From NCBI RefSeq assembly GCF_041956535.1, contig NW_027192201.1, forward strand, positions 222,060 to 286,059: a stretch of 64,000 nt of DNA. The letters run 5' to 3'. The position numbers were made by a program, and so were the translations under genes. The notes beneath the pieces are model-generated. The model did not search any database. It saw nothing but the letters and a program-made list of their open reading frames with translations, and was not told where the DNA came from. Positions 25,201 through 38,534 of the stretch are shown in pieces. The DNA comes from Calcarisporiella thermophila CBS 279.70. Its lineage: Eukaryota > Fungi > Calcarisporiellomycota. Position 1 is the stretch's first letter. Each line of letters opens with the position of its first letter.

Positions 25201-26658
25201 GCATGTCTGGGTTCACGGCTATTGCTCTATTGGCGGGAATGGTCCACGGAGTAGTTGTCCATATGACGGCGGAGAGTTGGTCATATTTTGAGAGGGCTGA
25301 TCTTGCCGCTTCGCCTTCGCAAATTAGGAGCATTGAATTTTCAGCTTTAGGGGTAAAAATCTCCCAAGGGACATCGTGAGCTTACCTAGACCCACAATAG
25401 GGAATTTGGTATAAATCGATTGGGAGCGGTGATCATCGCGGTATTCCAGTTCTGCTTCTGCGAGTGCCGTTCTTCGGTAAAGAAAACGTATTAGTTGGAT
25501 TTCCGCTCACAAAGAAAGAGATGAATTATAAAACGCATACTTTGACGAGGGCGACCAATACACGGGTTTATATTGCCGGTAAATGTAGCCTAATAAAATA
25601 CCATCGTGTCGGGTAAATCATGGCTCGCTCATGGAGGAGGGAGAGGGGGAGCAATTTTCTACCTTTTTTCATCATTTCGTAAAACACCTTCAATTGTCGA
25701 ACTTCATAATCTTTATCTATATCATGGCAATGTCAATAAATGGAAACACTCGACCAGAAAGTTAACAAAACCACGTCACCTAATGTACGATATGGCTTGT
25801 CCCAGTCGCCCATGACGCCCCAGTCCATAAATTCTTTCTTCTGAATCTGGATGGCATTAAGGGCGCATTGTCGCGCAGTCTCGCGTATTTCATTTGGACT
25901 GAGCATGGATCGGGCGCCATGCTAAAAGGAGAAGAGAAGTCGCGAGTAAGCAATAGTGTATATGCTTGGGTTTGCGATTAGCCTACCTTGAGCTCAGAAA
26001 GAGCCTTGAGTTCTATAGGGAGGCCATGGCAGTCCCAACCCGGAATATAGCTTTGATGAAGAAGGATGGGATGTAAGCAAAAAAGAACAACAGCAGACGC
26101 AATAAGAATACCAACTTTACTCTATAGCCTTTTAACATTTTGTATCGAATAATAATATCTTTCAGAACTTTGTTCAGGGCATGTCCTAAGCGGATAAAGA
26201 ACAGAGCATTAGTAACCAATCTTACAAAGTGCCCTTGTCGGCTCTAAATACCCATATACCTATATGTAGATTTCCGTTAGCATAGGGAGGCCCGTCATGT
26301 AATACAAACGAAGGTCCAGGATTATTATCTCGCTGTTAATTCGACAAACCGAAGGGAATTGTAAGTAAAATTGACGTCGAAGAAAAGGACAAAAAAACTT
26401 CGAGCTCACCTGCCATTGATATAGCTCTGAGGTGCATCGGTCCCGGAATAAATGTTCCCGTTTTGCAGCATCGCTTCGTAATGGAAAGCCTGTCTTTGGG
26501 AGCAAGAGCGTGTCTGAATACTTCTTCTCGGATGTGCCACTCTTTGCCGCCGATGTTATACTGCGCACGCCATGTCTATGGTGCAGGGGGCAAAATATAG
26601 AATAGGGGAGGCTATGCCGTGCTCGCCCTAGAGCATTGAGTCTGGCAAGACACTGCAT
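22261..26658 (-). CDS. ISM1: Isoleucyl-tRNA synthetase, mitochondrial
   Basis: Arg-rich presequence, [78 protein letters not shown] and C-terminal KCPRCW..LCARC; many introns. Confidence 0.96.
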
Positions 26659-26855
26659 TCTCTCCAGAGTTCACTAACCTTGCGGTTGAGTAATTTCGTA
26701 TCGAGACTCCTAAAATACGCTGGCAAGGCAGTCACACCAGTATTTTGTGGTGGACTGCTAAAATACCCGTAAACAAGCTTCCTTAGCCATTGTTCACTGC
26801 TCTGATCTGACTTCCAGATCGCTTAGATCATCCGACTCTCATTGATAGTACGGCC

Positions 26856-29800
26856 ATGATAGGCGAAACACAAGAGTCGAGCAAACGAAGATCCAGCGAT
26901 GAGGGTCAGGCCGCCTCACGCCCGAAAAAATCCAAGCGCACCAATTCCCCTGCCCCTGTGGTCGCCGACTCTTTCGAGGAGGAGGCCTCGAGAGAGGTCA
27001 AGGCTTCTGCCGGTCTGCAAGCAGAAACTTTGGCTGAAGGCCAGACGGTGTCCCTGAGTCACCAGGTTCGGCATCAAGTTGCGATCCCTCCAAACTACCC
27101 CTATATCCCCATTGCACAGCACCGCCCTCCTGAAAAACCCGCTCGTACGTATCCATTCACACTCGATCCGTTCCAACGGGTATCCATATCCTGCATTGAG
27201 CGCGGAGAATCCGTACTCGTGTCCGCGCACACATCGGCAGGTAAAACAGTGGTGGCCGAGTACGCGATTGCTCAGAGTTTGCGTGACAAGCAGCGTGTCA
27301 TTTACACAAGTCCGATCAAGGTAGTTTTTTTTTCCTTCACAAAAGTGCACCCCTGTGTTCTGTTTGGCAATTAGTAGCTCACACGATCTTCTCCTCCCCT
27401 CCTAGGCCTTGAGTAATCAGAAATATCGCGAGCTTAATGAAGAGTTCGGCGATGTGGGTCTCATGACGGGAGATGTCACCATCAACCCCAACGCCTCATG
27501 TCTTGTTATGACCACCGAAATTTTACGGTCGATGCTTTATCGGGGCTCCGAGATTATGCGAGAAATAGCGTGGGTTATTTATGACGAAGTGCATTATATG
27601 CGGGACAAAGAAAGAGGTGTCGTCTGGGAAGAGACCATTATTCTTTTGCCACACAAAGTCCATTACGTGTTCTTGTCCGCAACCATCCCCAACTCCATGG
27701 AGTTCGCAGAGTGGATATGCAAAATTCACGAACAGGTAAGGGCTCTCCCTCGTATCCATCCTCCAAATCCGGTTCGTTAGAATAGCTAATATCATTTCGC
27801 TCGTGCATAGCCCTGTCATATTGTCTATACCGATTTTCGACCAACCCCTCTACAGCATTACCTCTTTCCACAGGGTGGCGATGGAATCCATCTCGTAGTA
27901 GATGAGAAGGGGAATTTCCGAGAGGATAACTTCCAGAGGGCCATCGGTGCATTGATGGATGCATCCGGGGAAGACCCATCCGCTGTCAACGCAAAGAGCA
28001 AGGGAGGAAAGGTGTCCAGAGGCAACAGCAAAGAAGGTATTTTTCCCCTTTTCCATCACAAAGGTCTGACCTTTTCTGGTCTCTCTAACGAGATCTCTTT
28101 TGCTATTTCTAGGACCTTCTGATATTTATAAAATTGTAAAAATGATTCTCAGTAAAAACTATCATCCGGTAATTGTGTTCTGTTTCAGTAAACGAGAGTG
28201 CGAGGCACTAGCACTGAAGATGAGTAAACTCGACATCAATGATGGTAAGGGATTGGGGTGATCACGGTGAATGCATTAGGTCTCTAACCTGCCCTGCGTT
28301 ACGCTGTAGAAAACGAAAGAGAAATGGTCACACAGGTGTTCAATAATGCAATCAGTCAACTCTCCGAGGATGATCGACAGCTGCCCCAGATCGAACACAT
28401 TCTACCCCTCCTGCGACGTGGTATCGGCATTCATCACTCTGGGCTGCTCCCCATCCTTAAAGAAGTCATCGAGATCTTGTTCCAGGAGGGTCTCCTCAAG
28501 GTGGGTGCTCGTCTTTCTGCCCTCTCTCTATCGATTTTTTGTGGTTCTCCCTATTGACCACCTTATTTCCACCCTAGGTCCTCTTTGCCACGGAGACATT
28601 CTCGATTGGTTTGAACATGCCTGCCAAGACGGTTGTGTTTACAAGCGTGCGTAAGTTTGATGGTAAAGATTTCCGATGGGTATCTTCGGGAGAATACATC
28701 CAGATGAGTGGACGTGCAGGCCGCCGTGGACTCGACGACCGGGGTATCGTTATCCTGATGTTGGACGAGAAGATGGAGCCGGCGGTGGCAAAAAATATGG
28801 TTAAAGTAAGCTAGACCGACCCCTTTTTTTATTAGTTTTTTGAAGCTGACGTAAACCATCCTCCTCCATTTCCATAGGGCGAAGCAGATCGTCTCAACTC
28901 TGCTTTCCACCTTAGCTACAATATGGTGCTCAATTTGATGCGTGTCGAGGGTATTAGTCCGGAGTTCATGCTGGAACGGTGCTTCTTCCAATTCCAAAAT
29001 ACAATGCGAGTACCTGAGCTGGAAGATGGTATAATTTATTTTATGATTCTAGTCCAAAGTACATTCATCTCACGAAGATCCGCTTTATTTTTCACTTGGA
29101 TGCACATGATAGAGCTAAAGGCCCTAGAGGAAAAGAAGCAGGCCATCGAAGTGCCCGAGGAGGAAGCTATTTCGGAGTATTATGATTTGCGGCAGCAGCT
29201 CGACAACTATGCTAGAGATGTGCGAGAGGTCATTCATCAGCCCACCTATTGTCTTCCCTTCATTCAACCAGGTCGCTTAGTCCGGGTAAGGGATGAAAAG
29301 CACGACTTCGGATGGGGATGCGTGGTGAACTACCAAAAGCGGATCATCAACAAGGTAACGTGGCTTCATCATAAGATATTTCAGCTCCCAATGTAGGCAA
29401 GAATTTTGTGTTGCTCACTTTTGCAACTATTTAGGGCAAAGTTGGCCGCAGTGAATACAACGACCCTGCGGACGCCATCACCAAATACATCATTGACGTG
29501 TTGCTTTATTGCGAGCAAGGAACCAACCCGTCCAAGGACGCGGATAAAGCCCTTGCCGAAATCAAACCGGCTGCACCGGGTGCTAAAGGAGAGATGGTGG
29601 TGGTGCCGGTGCTTCTCTCGTGTCTGGATGGCATCAGTAATATTCGTATATTCCTGGGGAAGGATTTACGGCCGTCAGATGAACGCGCCAAAGTGCATCG
29701 TCATATAAAGGAGGTGATGAAGCGTTTCCCGGACGGAGTGCCACTGTTGGACCCGGAAGAAAATATGGGAATCCAAGATAAAGGTTTCAAGAAAATTCAA

Positions 29801-30814
29801 ACGGTAAGTCATGCCTTTTATTTGGGGAGGGGGAAAACATCCCACGACGCATGAGCTTAACTCTTGCCATTTTGTTTATAATTTTACTTTCTCCAGAGGA
29901 TAAGGATGCTGACCGAGAAACTCAAGACGAACCCCCTCAGCGAGGATCCACGGCTTGAGGAAATTTACAACGTGTATGTGAGCAAGATCGAGGTGCAAGA
30001 GCAAATCAAGGCGACGAAGCGAAAAATCCAACAAGCCCACGCCATCACGCAGCTTGAAGAGCTCAAATCCAGGAAGCGCGTGCTCCGACGGTGAGGACTC
30101 CGTTCACCTAGTTTTGGACGGCCGGTTTGCTTACCCTTGTTCTCTATTTTCTTGCAGGCTTGGCTATACCTCTGCGAGTGACGTTATAGAGATGAAGGGA
30201 CGTGTTGCGTGCGAGATCAGTTCGGGTGACTCGCTGCTGCTCACCGAACTGATCTTCAACGGTGTGTTCAACGACTTGACCGTCGACCAATGCGTTGCCC
30301 TGTTGAGCTGCTTCTGTTTCCAGGAGAAGGTAAACCGGATTGTTTGTTTTTCCCCTTCCATGTTCCTGAATCCATAAAAAACCCCATGGTTGAGTTTGAA
30401 TTCTAACCTTGTGCATTTGTTGTTCTCTGCCTGCAGAGCGAGAAGATCCCCAAGCTTCGCGAAGAGCTCGCCGCCCCCCTTCGCACAATGCAGGAGGCAG
30501 CACGACGGATTGCCAAAGTGTCGCAAGAGTCTAAGCTTATGATCGATGAGGAGCAGTATGTGCAGGGCTTCCGCTCCGAGCTGATGGATGTGGTCTACGC
30601 GTGGTGCCAGGGCGCCAAGTTCGTCCAGATCATGAAGATGACCGACGTGTTCGAGGGCTCCTTGATCAGAGCCTTCCGAAGTCTCGAGGAGCTGCTTCGC
30701 CAGATGGTTGCGGCCGCAAAGAGCATTGGCGCTACTGAGCTAGAGAATAAGTTTGCAGAGGGGATCACTCGCATCAAACGAGGGGTGGTGTTCGCCGCAA
30801 GTTTGTATCTATGA
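26856..30814 (+). CDS. MTR4: Ski2-like ATP-dependent RNA helicase Mtr4/Dob1 (TRAMP/exosome cofactor)
   Basis: [48 protein letters not shown], arch domain and C-terminal [13 protein letters not shown]. Confidence 0.97.
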
Positions 30815-32640
30815 GGCGTTTGTATTTTTTGTTTGCGCTTTTTTTTTTTCTTTCTTTCTTTCCTCCCTCTCCTCCCTCCCTCTCTCCCCCCACTTCCCTT
30901 TTTCTTTCCCCTATTGTTTTCTTTTGTTACTTTGATTTTACCGACGGAAGAATAAACTTCATGGCCACCAAAAGCCTCCCTGCCAACTCCGTGGTATTTT
31001 CGTGGTTTCTCCTTATGCACGGTTCGGACACAGTTCTCAGCTGGGGACGCGGAGATCTCTCACGTAAAACCTGCTCTTAACTTCCACTGCGCAGATGAAT
31101 TAGTCAACAAACAAACAATCCCCTACTGCAGTCTCCGTGGCTTCCCAAGTCTTGGTCACGAAAAAACACAATAAACCCAAAGAACGGAGGGCGGATAAGA
31201 CATGGCTTCAAGCTGCCAAATCGGACGGGACAGCGGTGGTCATCCGATTGGAAGGGTCGGACGAGCACCGGGGATTCCGATTCTTTTCGACGCTAAAGCG
31301 GCCATGCACGCATGCCAAGCTGCGACCTCCAAGACATTCTTTCCAGAATCCCTTATTAGTATTTGTTAACTTGAATTAAGCCAGCCTCAGTCAACCTTTT
31401 TGGAGCACGCTGTCACTTAGCGTGCTGCATTTGTATTAAGGCCTCTGTGTTTTTGGAGAAGACACCTCCTCTCCTCTCTCGGCTTTTGGGTGGAGGTGTT
31501 CGGAGCAACCCCCGGAGAGGAATCTAGAAAAAAGCAAGGGAGGAGCAGGAGGGGTTAGGAGGGAGGGCAGAGAGGAAGGGGGGAAGGGGGAATGCGGCCC
31601 TAGTTCCCCCGTGTCCGGCCTTGGAGAGGCTTGTCTCCCCGCCCACCGCCGGGACTGCGCGGGCCTACCCTGTTTGCCCGCAAGCTCCTTCCCTTTGTTA
31701 ACGCTTAATTTTTGCATGCGGTGTAGAAACGGGTTTCTTGGATCTCTCAAGGCGCCTGAGTCTACTTATGAAATGAAGCTTATCTTGCACCAGAGACATT
31801 CACTCTGCGTGCATATCGCCACGTTTTTTGTTTAGCCTAATGCGGGAGCCACTTAAGCTATTTCGCGAACAAGGCAACTGGCACCGTGAGATGCTGGCTT
31901 GGAGAGGAGGGCTCCGGCGCTTTTTTGGGCTCTGAGATCCTCTGCGATGCTGAGGCTATCGCGAAGTAAACCGGATGGGAGATGGCTTGGCTGAAGTAGA
32001 ACCGTCCTCGAGACGCGGCTGGCGGGGGGCCGCGATTGGCGGGCGGCGGGCGGGTATGGAAGGCGAAAAGCCTTATTTTCTAAAAGGGTAAATAATAGCC
32101 GCCGAAAAAGCTGTCTGAAAAATTTCGCACTGTCTTAGGAGCATCCAAAACTGAATTAGAACAAGTCAAGCAAGCCACGAAGAATGTCGGGAGAAAAATC
32201 GCGTCTCTTAATTCGTTTTCGCGTTCGCTCCTTGGCCGGGTCTTTCTGTTGGTGCACACCAAGGTGATTTTCGAGGATGCGGCTGATGTGAATGGTGCCA
32301 TATGCCGCTCGTACCATAAAAGTATAATATTTAATATGGCGGGCCGCGCCTTATTGGTGAACGCCATTTTTATTTCTAGCTGCTAAGGTTCTGCAGGTCG
32401 CCTCCGAACTGTCTCGATAAGAGATATAAGGGCTCGCCATCGCCCAAACCGCGATTGCATTTTCCTTCCTCCATTACGAGAAAGATAAAGCCAGCGCAAG
32501 CGTCCAATCTCATTCTTTGGCCATTCTCCCCTGCCCCCTCTCCCCTCCCCCCCTACACGCTGTTTATTTATTGGGATTTGTCTATTTATACACCCTGTCG
32601 TTAGTACTCTGCATCCAATACGTAGTGAAGTCACCCTGCC

Positions 32641-33818
32641 ATGCTCGAGAAAAAACCCCAGGCATCCAGCCTGATCGGACATCGCATCGACAGCGGGCGC
32701 ATTGAGCTGACCGCTCTCTTGGGCGAAGGCGCCTACGGCACCGTCTACCTGGGAACCCATCTTCAGACCGGCGCGAAATTTGCCGTGAAGCGTCTCTCCA
32801 CCATCCAACTCACCCCCCGGCGCTTACAGTTTCTCTTCTCCGAAATGACCCTCCACGCGTGCGTTTCCGCCCATCCCTCCATCCTCCGACTCGAGCAAGT
32901 CATCCAAGCCCCAGATGCTCTGTACATGGTGTTGGAATACGCGCCGGAGGGCGACTTGTTTACGGCGATTGCCGACAAAGGCAGGTTCATCGGGGACGAC
33001 GACGCAGCAAAGAACGTGTTTCTGCAAATCGTGGACGCCGTGAGCTACTGCCACAGCCGAGGCGTTTTCCACCGAGACTTGAAGACAGAGAACGTGCTGG
33101 TGTTCGACAACGGAAGTCGCGTCAAGCTCGCCGACTTTGGGTTGGCAACGAGCAACCGCGCTTCAAGTGAGTTTGGGTGCGGAAGCCACTTCTATTACTC
33201 TCCCGGTAAGTCTTGCCTTGACGCATAGGTATCGTGAAGAGGCGTGACTAACCCGCAGATACTCTGCCCTCTCTAGAATGCCTCGGCTCATTTACCCAGC
33301 GCAGATTCCCCTACAACACCGCCTCCAACGATGTATGGTCGCTAGGCATTATTCTGATCAACCTGCTTACCGGCCACAACCCATGGAGGCAGGCTAGCTC
33401 CTTCGACCCTGCTTTCTGCTCGTATCTTCGTGATCCGCGCCAGTTTCTGGCAACTCGGTTGCCGCAGCTCAGCAACGAGGCAATCGACCTCCTCACCCGA
33501 GTCCTCATCTTCGACCCTACACAACGGCTAAGCCTTGATGAGTTGCGGGTGGCGGTGGCGAGTGCGAAGCACCTCACCGTGCCGGTCCAAAAGGAATCCA
33601 CCCCTAAGCGAAGCCTCTCGGCCGGATGCCTGTTGCATTCGCACGGAGCTGCCATGTCTCTCAGGACATCGTCGAACAGCTCCTTCACCGACTTCACCTG
33701 CTCTATCTCGTCCTCCGTCATATCCACCCCATGGCTCACCTGCACCAAGCCCATTCCAAAAGCGGACAACGAGAAGGAGACATGGGTGCGGGTCATCCAT
33801 GAGGGCGTTATGATATGA
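32641..33818 (+). CDS. Ran1/Pat1 (Sks1/Vhs1)-family Ser/Thr protein kinase
   Basis: LGEGAYGTVY, AVK, EMTLHACVSAHPSI, GDLFTAI, HRDLKTEN, KLADFGLAT..SSEFGCGS.FY.SPEC and NDVWSLGIILINLLTGHNPW; one intron at about 33206-33276. Confidence 0.9.
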
Positions 33819-34382
33819 CCTGCATATCGCACGTGCTTTGTTACATAGCGGGCTCCGCGGATCTATTTATTTATTTATCCTAAAAAAACAATGGTAAATT
33901 AGTTTCATTACGTCGTTTATATTGCTTTCTTTTATGTTCCATTTATAAATAGCTTTATCGTCCTTTGTAAATGTTTTTGTGCATGCTTCTTCTTACTTCC
34001 TTTCTATATACCCCCCTTTCACGCATCCTTGGTGTTTATTTATCTTTCTAAACCGCTGTGATCTATCTCCTTCTGTAAAAATCTATCCTGCGATATCCTG
34101 ATAAACGAAAAAGGTTCTCGGCTCTATGTACTCTCGGTATTTATTATATATATATATTTATATATAGTCGAGGAAGCAGGGTTGAATAAACAAAAAAGAA
34201 ATGACAGCAATAACAATAATAATAATAATAGCAGTAATATTTTGGTTTGTTGAAATATTTTGTTGAATAAATAAGCATTTCTAGAATACAGTGCGGAAAT
34301 ATCTATGTGGGTGACTTTCGCCTTTTTTTTACTTGGTGAGAGGGATTAGAATGAAAACAAGGAACGCTTTGTGGGCTGTTTT

Positions 34383-34676
34383 TTAGAATCCAGGGGGAGG
34401 TAAGGCTGCCCGAGCGAGAACTGCGGCGGATTCGGGAGAGGCGGCAGGCCGTGGTTGGAGGAAGGCGATGAGGGGGACGGCGAAAGAGCAGAGAGAGAGG
34501 GGGTGGAGGTGGTGGAGAGCGCAGGAGAGAGGGAAGGAGAATGCAGGCGTATCGTCGGGGGTGTAGGAAAGGGTGGTGTTCAGGGCGTCTAGTTGGGCAC
34601 AGCGGGCGCTGCAGAAAAGAGCCGTGGCATCATTTCGGATGGCGCGGTCGCAAGTGATGCACCAAGCAGTATCCAT
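34383..34676 (-). CDS. Ecl1-family (extender of chronological lifespan) small zinc-binding protein
   Basis: MDTAWCITCDRAI...LFCSARCAQLD matches the Ecl1 CxxCD(R/K)...(Y/F)CSxxC..D pattern. Confidence 0.75.
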   Translation of the reverse strand: MDTAWCITCDRAIRNDATALFCSARCAQLDALNTTLSYTPDDTPAFSFPLSCALHHLHPLSLCSFAVPLIAFLQPRPAASPESAAVLARAALPPPGF

Positions 34677-35879
34677 TGGGCGGGTCTAGCTTTATTATGG
34701 AGTTATGCAATGCAAAGAGAGAGGTAGATGGGATGAACAGGTGCAGCTTTTGCTACGAGTGAATTGTTTTTGTTTTCTGAACAGTTAGAGGAAAGTTGCG
34801 GGGCCGAGGGAGATTTTGAATGATTTTGTCAATTTTTTCAATGGGCCAATCGCCATCCTCTTCGGATGCACCTGCCAAAGTTGTGGCCAAAATTTCAGAA
34901 GGCGAATATTTCCCTCGGTCGCCAAACCAATTCATGAAGAGAGAATAGGTGGGAAGAGATGGATTCAAGGGGAGAATAAAAACAAATGAAACCCCCAGTC
35001 GCCTTTTGTAGACAAATCATGGTCGTGTTTATATTTTTGAACTGGGCTCTACCTGGCCGTGCTATTATACAGAAAAGGAGACTTTCTCTCCTGAGCTACG
35101 CCTACTTATGACAATCCTTAGTGGAGCATGTTCATAGGGATCCACACCCCCTTTCTTGTTCTCAACCGGAAAGGAGGGTGGCTGATGATGGCTGGTAAAG
35201 TAGGGGGAAGGAGGGGGGAGGGGCTTTTCCCGATTTCACGCATTTTTTCGTTCAACGCGTTGAGTCGGGAACAAGGGAGAGGAGAGATCAATTCAATTGA
35301 GCGATATCGACGTAGACCGCGAAGGTCGAAAGCCCACCAAGTTTGTTTTCCTGTTCCCCCTCTGGATTTTGAATCGAATGGACCCAAAATCGGATCCACA
35401 TCAAGATCCAAAACCCGAATTTGTTTGAGCTGCCGATATATTTTCTAAAAAAATTTAGAGTTTGGTCAATTGCGCAAAAGGTTGTAACTAACTTTTTTCC
35501 ACCTTCCCCGTTCTATTGTCTCTGTTCCCATCATGTTTATCGTTAATCTTTAATGATTTGAGGCGTGTTTCTAGTCATTCTTTTTTATTCCCTTCTTTTC
35601 TATTCACGCTCATTACCCTTTCGCCTTTTTATATATCTTCTATAGATACCGTTTTTGTAAGATTTGTCGCCATTGGCATCTATCCTCAAGAGGAGTGGCA
35701 TCAGAGACATTGGTCGCTCTTAACAGGTATTTCCCCTGCTTTATTTTTTGATTCGTTAGCGTTGGCGACTATTTGATCTCATAATAGCAGTTGGACATGA
35801 AGTGCCCCCAAGCTCTAATAGTGGTATTTATTTTTTTGAACAGGAGCTACATAGAAGAGAAAAAAAGTACATTGCAACC

Positions 35880-38534
35880 ATGGAGATTCTGAGAGCATCG
35901 CAATGTCGATCAACTTTTCATCTTATACTTATTTCCTGGCTTAAATCTTATATTCTCCTCCTCCTTCTCTCCTCCTCAAGTTTGCTACCCAGTTATGCTC
36001 GTGTTTATCATACAACCACGTTACTTGGCCAAAATAAGCTAGTGACTATTGGGGGCATCACGGGCCACACGTACGCCAACCATACTTTAGTTTATGATTT
36101 CGCCTCTATGACCACCAAAGAAATCCCTACCAATTTGAAGATAGCAAGACATAGTACTGTGGTTAGCAATGAGCAGATAGTATTAATGTTTGGGGTGATA
36201 GACGGGACAGGGCTATCCAATACACCATGGTCCTACTCTGTAGAGTCTGGAAGAGAGACTCCCATCACCCTAGCTGGCTCACAAGCGCCCCCTAGAAAGT
36301 GGCAAACCGTGTCGGTAGGCTCGGATGGCAAACTTTACGCGTTTGGCGGAAGCAGTACCGTTCAAGACAGAATCATCCTCCCGCAAATTTTGGGCGATGT
36401 TTGGACGTTAGACATAAAGTCGGGTGGTTGGGCCAAATTGGCGCCAGCTCCACCCCTAGGGAGCGTTTATGGTCATGCTTCCGTTCTCACGGCCAACGGC
36501 TTCCTCGTTTCTTGCTTTGGGATCAATGGCAAAGGCCAGGTGCAGAACGCCTGCACCCTCTTAAACACGAACACCCAACAATCCTTACAGCCGCAAGCTG
36601 CAGTGGCACCCTTGCCAAGAGCATGGGCAACCCTCGTGATGGGCAATGATGGCTTCGCCTACGCGTTTGGCGGGTCCGACGTGCAGGGGAAGCTTCTTTT
36701 CAATGATGTATGGGAACTGGATACTACCAAGCTCCCGGCGTTATCATGGAGAGAACTTAAACCGCAAGCCAACGATGGACTGGCGCCTGCTGCAAGAAGT
36801 GGTCATACAGCGGTGGTCGCGGGCCGTGGAAGGCTTATGACGGTGTTTGGGGGCGAAACCCACCTGGGCGCTCCGAGTGGAGGGGATGGCCCCTTCTTTT
36901 TGGATTTGAGAGAGATGCGGTGGGTGGACGGACCCACCGCCCGTGATTTGGTAGCACTGGAGGAATCGTCGCCGAATTCATCCCACAGCTCTTCGTCTTC
37001 GAACGCTCACCCAACGCAAGGCGGTCCGCTTGGTTCCGGTGGGCTGTCGCCGAACCAGTTGAGCGAGGCAGATCTCTCGGTGGGAACTTATGTAGGAATC
37101 GGGGTTGGAGCCGCCTTAGGATTTCTCGGTCTCGTTGCAGCCGTGTGGTTCTTGGCATGCCGCAACATCGAGTCGCACCGGGACCGGGAGGATCTTAAGC
37201 AACATCTGGATGATGGTTTCGGAGATATGGAGCCGGCCAAGGTGCTCTCGTCTTCTCCCTGGACGATAGGGGAACTGGATGACGACGAAGATGAGGACAA
37301 CGAAGATATTGCCTATAAAACAATGGACAACGTCCCACTGGCGCAGCCTAATGCTGCGTATGTTAGTGAGAAGCGCTTCTCCTTCGGGTCTAGTCATGCG
37401 AGCAGCACCATCACCCCGCCTCCAGTGCGTAGCGAATCCGTCGACTCGACAGGCGTGTACTCTGCGAGCACCGTTGCCTCACCACCAGCCATTGTTTTGC
37501 CTGGTGGGAGTGGTGGAGTGGATGGGGAGAGTGGAATCCGTGAGAACATGGACATCTCGTTCGCACAAAGAAGTATGGCCACGAACCAATTCCACCTGCC
37601 CTCTTATCCATTGACTCTGGGTGCGGCGGAGTATGATGGCCCTGGTGTCGTCGGAGGAAGAAGCGGGAGCGAGGTGGGTGGATATGGAGGCCGACCGCAA
37701 CTCTCCATCGGAAGGAGTGACCCAGGCCTCACGGTTGATACAGGGGTAAAGCGGTCCTCCTTCTTCGATGATGTGTTCAGCGCCATCGGCCGGAGCCCAT
37801 CACAGCAGGAGAGGCTGCCGGTGGATTCTCTGGAGCCGACTCGCACAAAATCTGTGTGGCAACGCCCAACCACTCTCTTCCGGAGTATGACCCTGTTCTC
37901 GAATAGCGCCACGACCTCACCTGTGGATGGGGAAGGAGGTGGCAGAGGCCTATCGTCATCCCCTTCGCCTCACCAGATTCGTCCGCAGTGGCTTGGGAGG
38001 AGAAGATCATCTGACCAGCGGGTCAAGCCGCTAAGAAAGGGGTCGGAAAATATCCCGCTCTCGCCCCACGAGGCTCGCCGTTCAGCGGCCTCGGCCAGCA
38101 GGCGCTCGGTGCACTCGATGCAGTGGATCGGGTTCGAGAACATAGTGGATGAATACGCGCAGGACGCCTCCATCCACGCTTTGACCGAGGATGAGTTTGC
38201 TGAGGAGGATTTCAGTGGAGAGATGGGGGACGATTCCTTCAACGGGTCTTTTGGAGGAAAGTCCTTGAAGGTGAAGAACGGGCGCTGGAGTGAAGAGAGC
38301 GGTTGGCGGCGCTCGATGGTCAGTTCAGGGAGCAGGCAGAGTTATTTGATGAATCGGCAGAGCTTTGAGATCGGAAGTATCCCAAATGTCCCAGTGCAGG
38401 CCAATGAGATGGGAAGAGATGCCAGAGGAAGGAGAGAGGTAGGAGGCAGTGGGATCTCTCCTATCGACGAGAGGTTGGAGCTGACTGAGAGTCTGGACGG
38501 CCTGGGGAACGGTAGAGAGTTTGGACGGAGATAG
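35880..38534 (+). CDS. Type I membrane protein: extracellular kelch/galactose-oxidase-like propeller, one TM helix and a long S/R-rich cytoplasmic tail
   Basis: Hydrophobic signal, repeated GG/FG kelch motifs (YAFGGS, ARSGHTAV, NDVWELD) and TM YVGIGVGAALGFLGLVAAVWFL; intronless. Confidence 0.85.
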   Translation: MEILRASQCRSTFHLILISWLKSYILLLLLSSSSLLPSYARVYHTTTLLGQNKLVTIGGITGHTYANHTLVYDFASMTTKEIPTNLKIARHSTVVSNEQIVLMFGVIDGTGLSNTPWSYSVESGRETPITLAGSQAPPRKWQTVSVGSDGKLYAFGGSSTVQDRIILPQILGDVWTLDIKSGGWAKLAPAPPLGSVYGHASVLTANGFLVSCFGINGKGQVQNACTLLNTNTQQSLQPQAAVAPLPRAWATLVMGNDGFAYAFGGSDVQGKLLFNDVWELDTTKLPALSWRELKPQANDGLAPAARSGHTAVVAGRGRLMTVFGGETHLGAPSGGDGPFFLDLREMRWVDGPTARDLVALEESSPNSSHSSSSSNAHPTQGGPLGSGGLSPNQLSEADLSVGTYVGIGVGAALGFLGLVAAVWFLACRNIESHRDREDLKQHLDDGFGDMEPAKVLSSSPWTIGELDDDEDEDNEDIAYKTMDNVPLAQPNAAYVSEKRFSFGSSHASSTITPPPVRSESVDSTGVYSASTVASPPAIVLPGGSGGVDGESGIRENMDISFAQRSMATNQFHLPSYPLTLGAAEYDGPGVVGGRSGSEVGGYGGRPQLSIGRSDPGLTVDTGVKRSSFFDDVFSAIGRSPSQQERLPVDSLEPTRTKSVWQRPTTLFRSMTLFSNSATTSPVDGEGGGRGLSSSPSPHQIRPQWLGRRRSSDQRVKPLRKGSENIPLSPHEARRSAASASRRSVHSMQWIGFENIVDEYAQDASIHALTEDEFAEEDFSGEMGDDSFNGSFGGKSLKVKNGRWSEESGWRRSMVSSGSRQSYLMNRQSFEIGSIPNVPVQANEMGRDARGRREVGGSGISPIDERLELTESLDGLGNGREFGRR

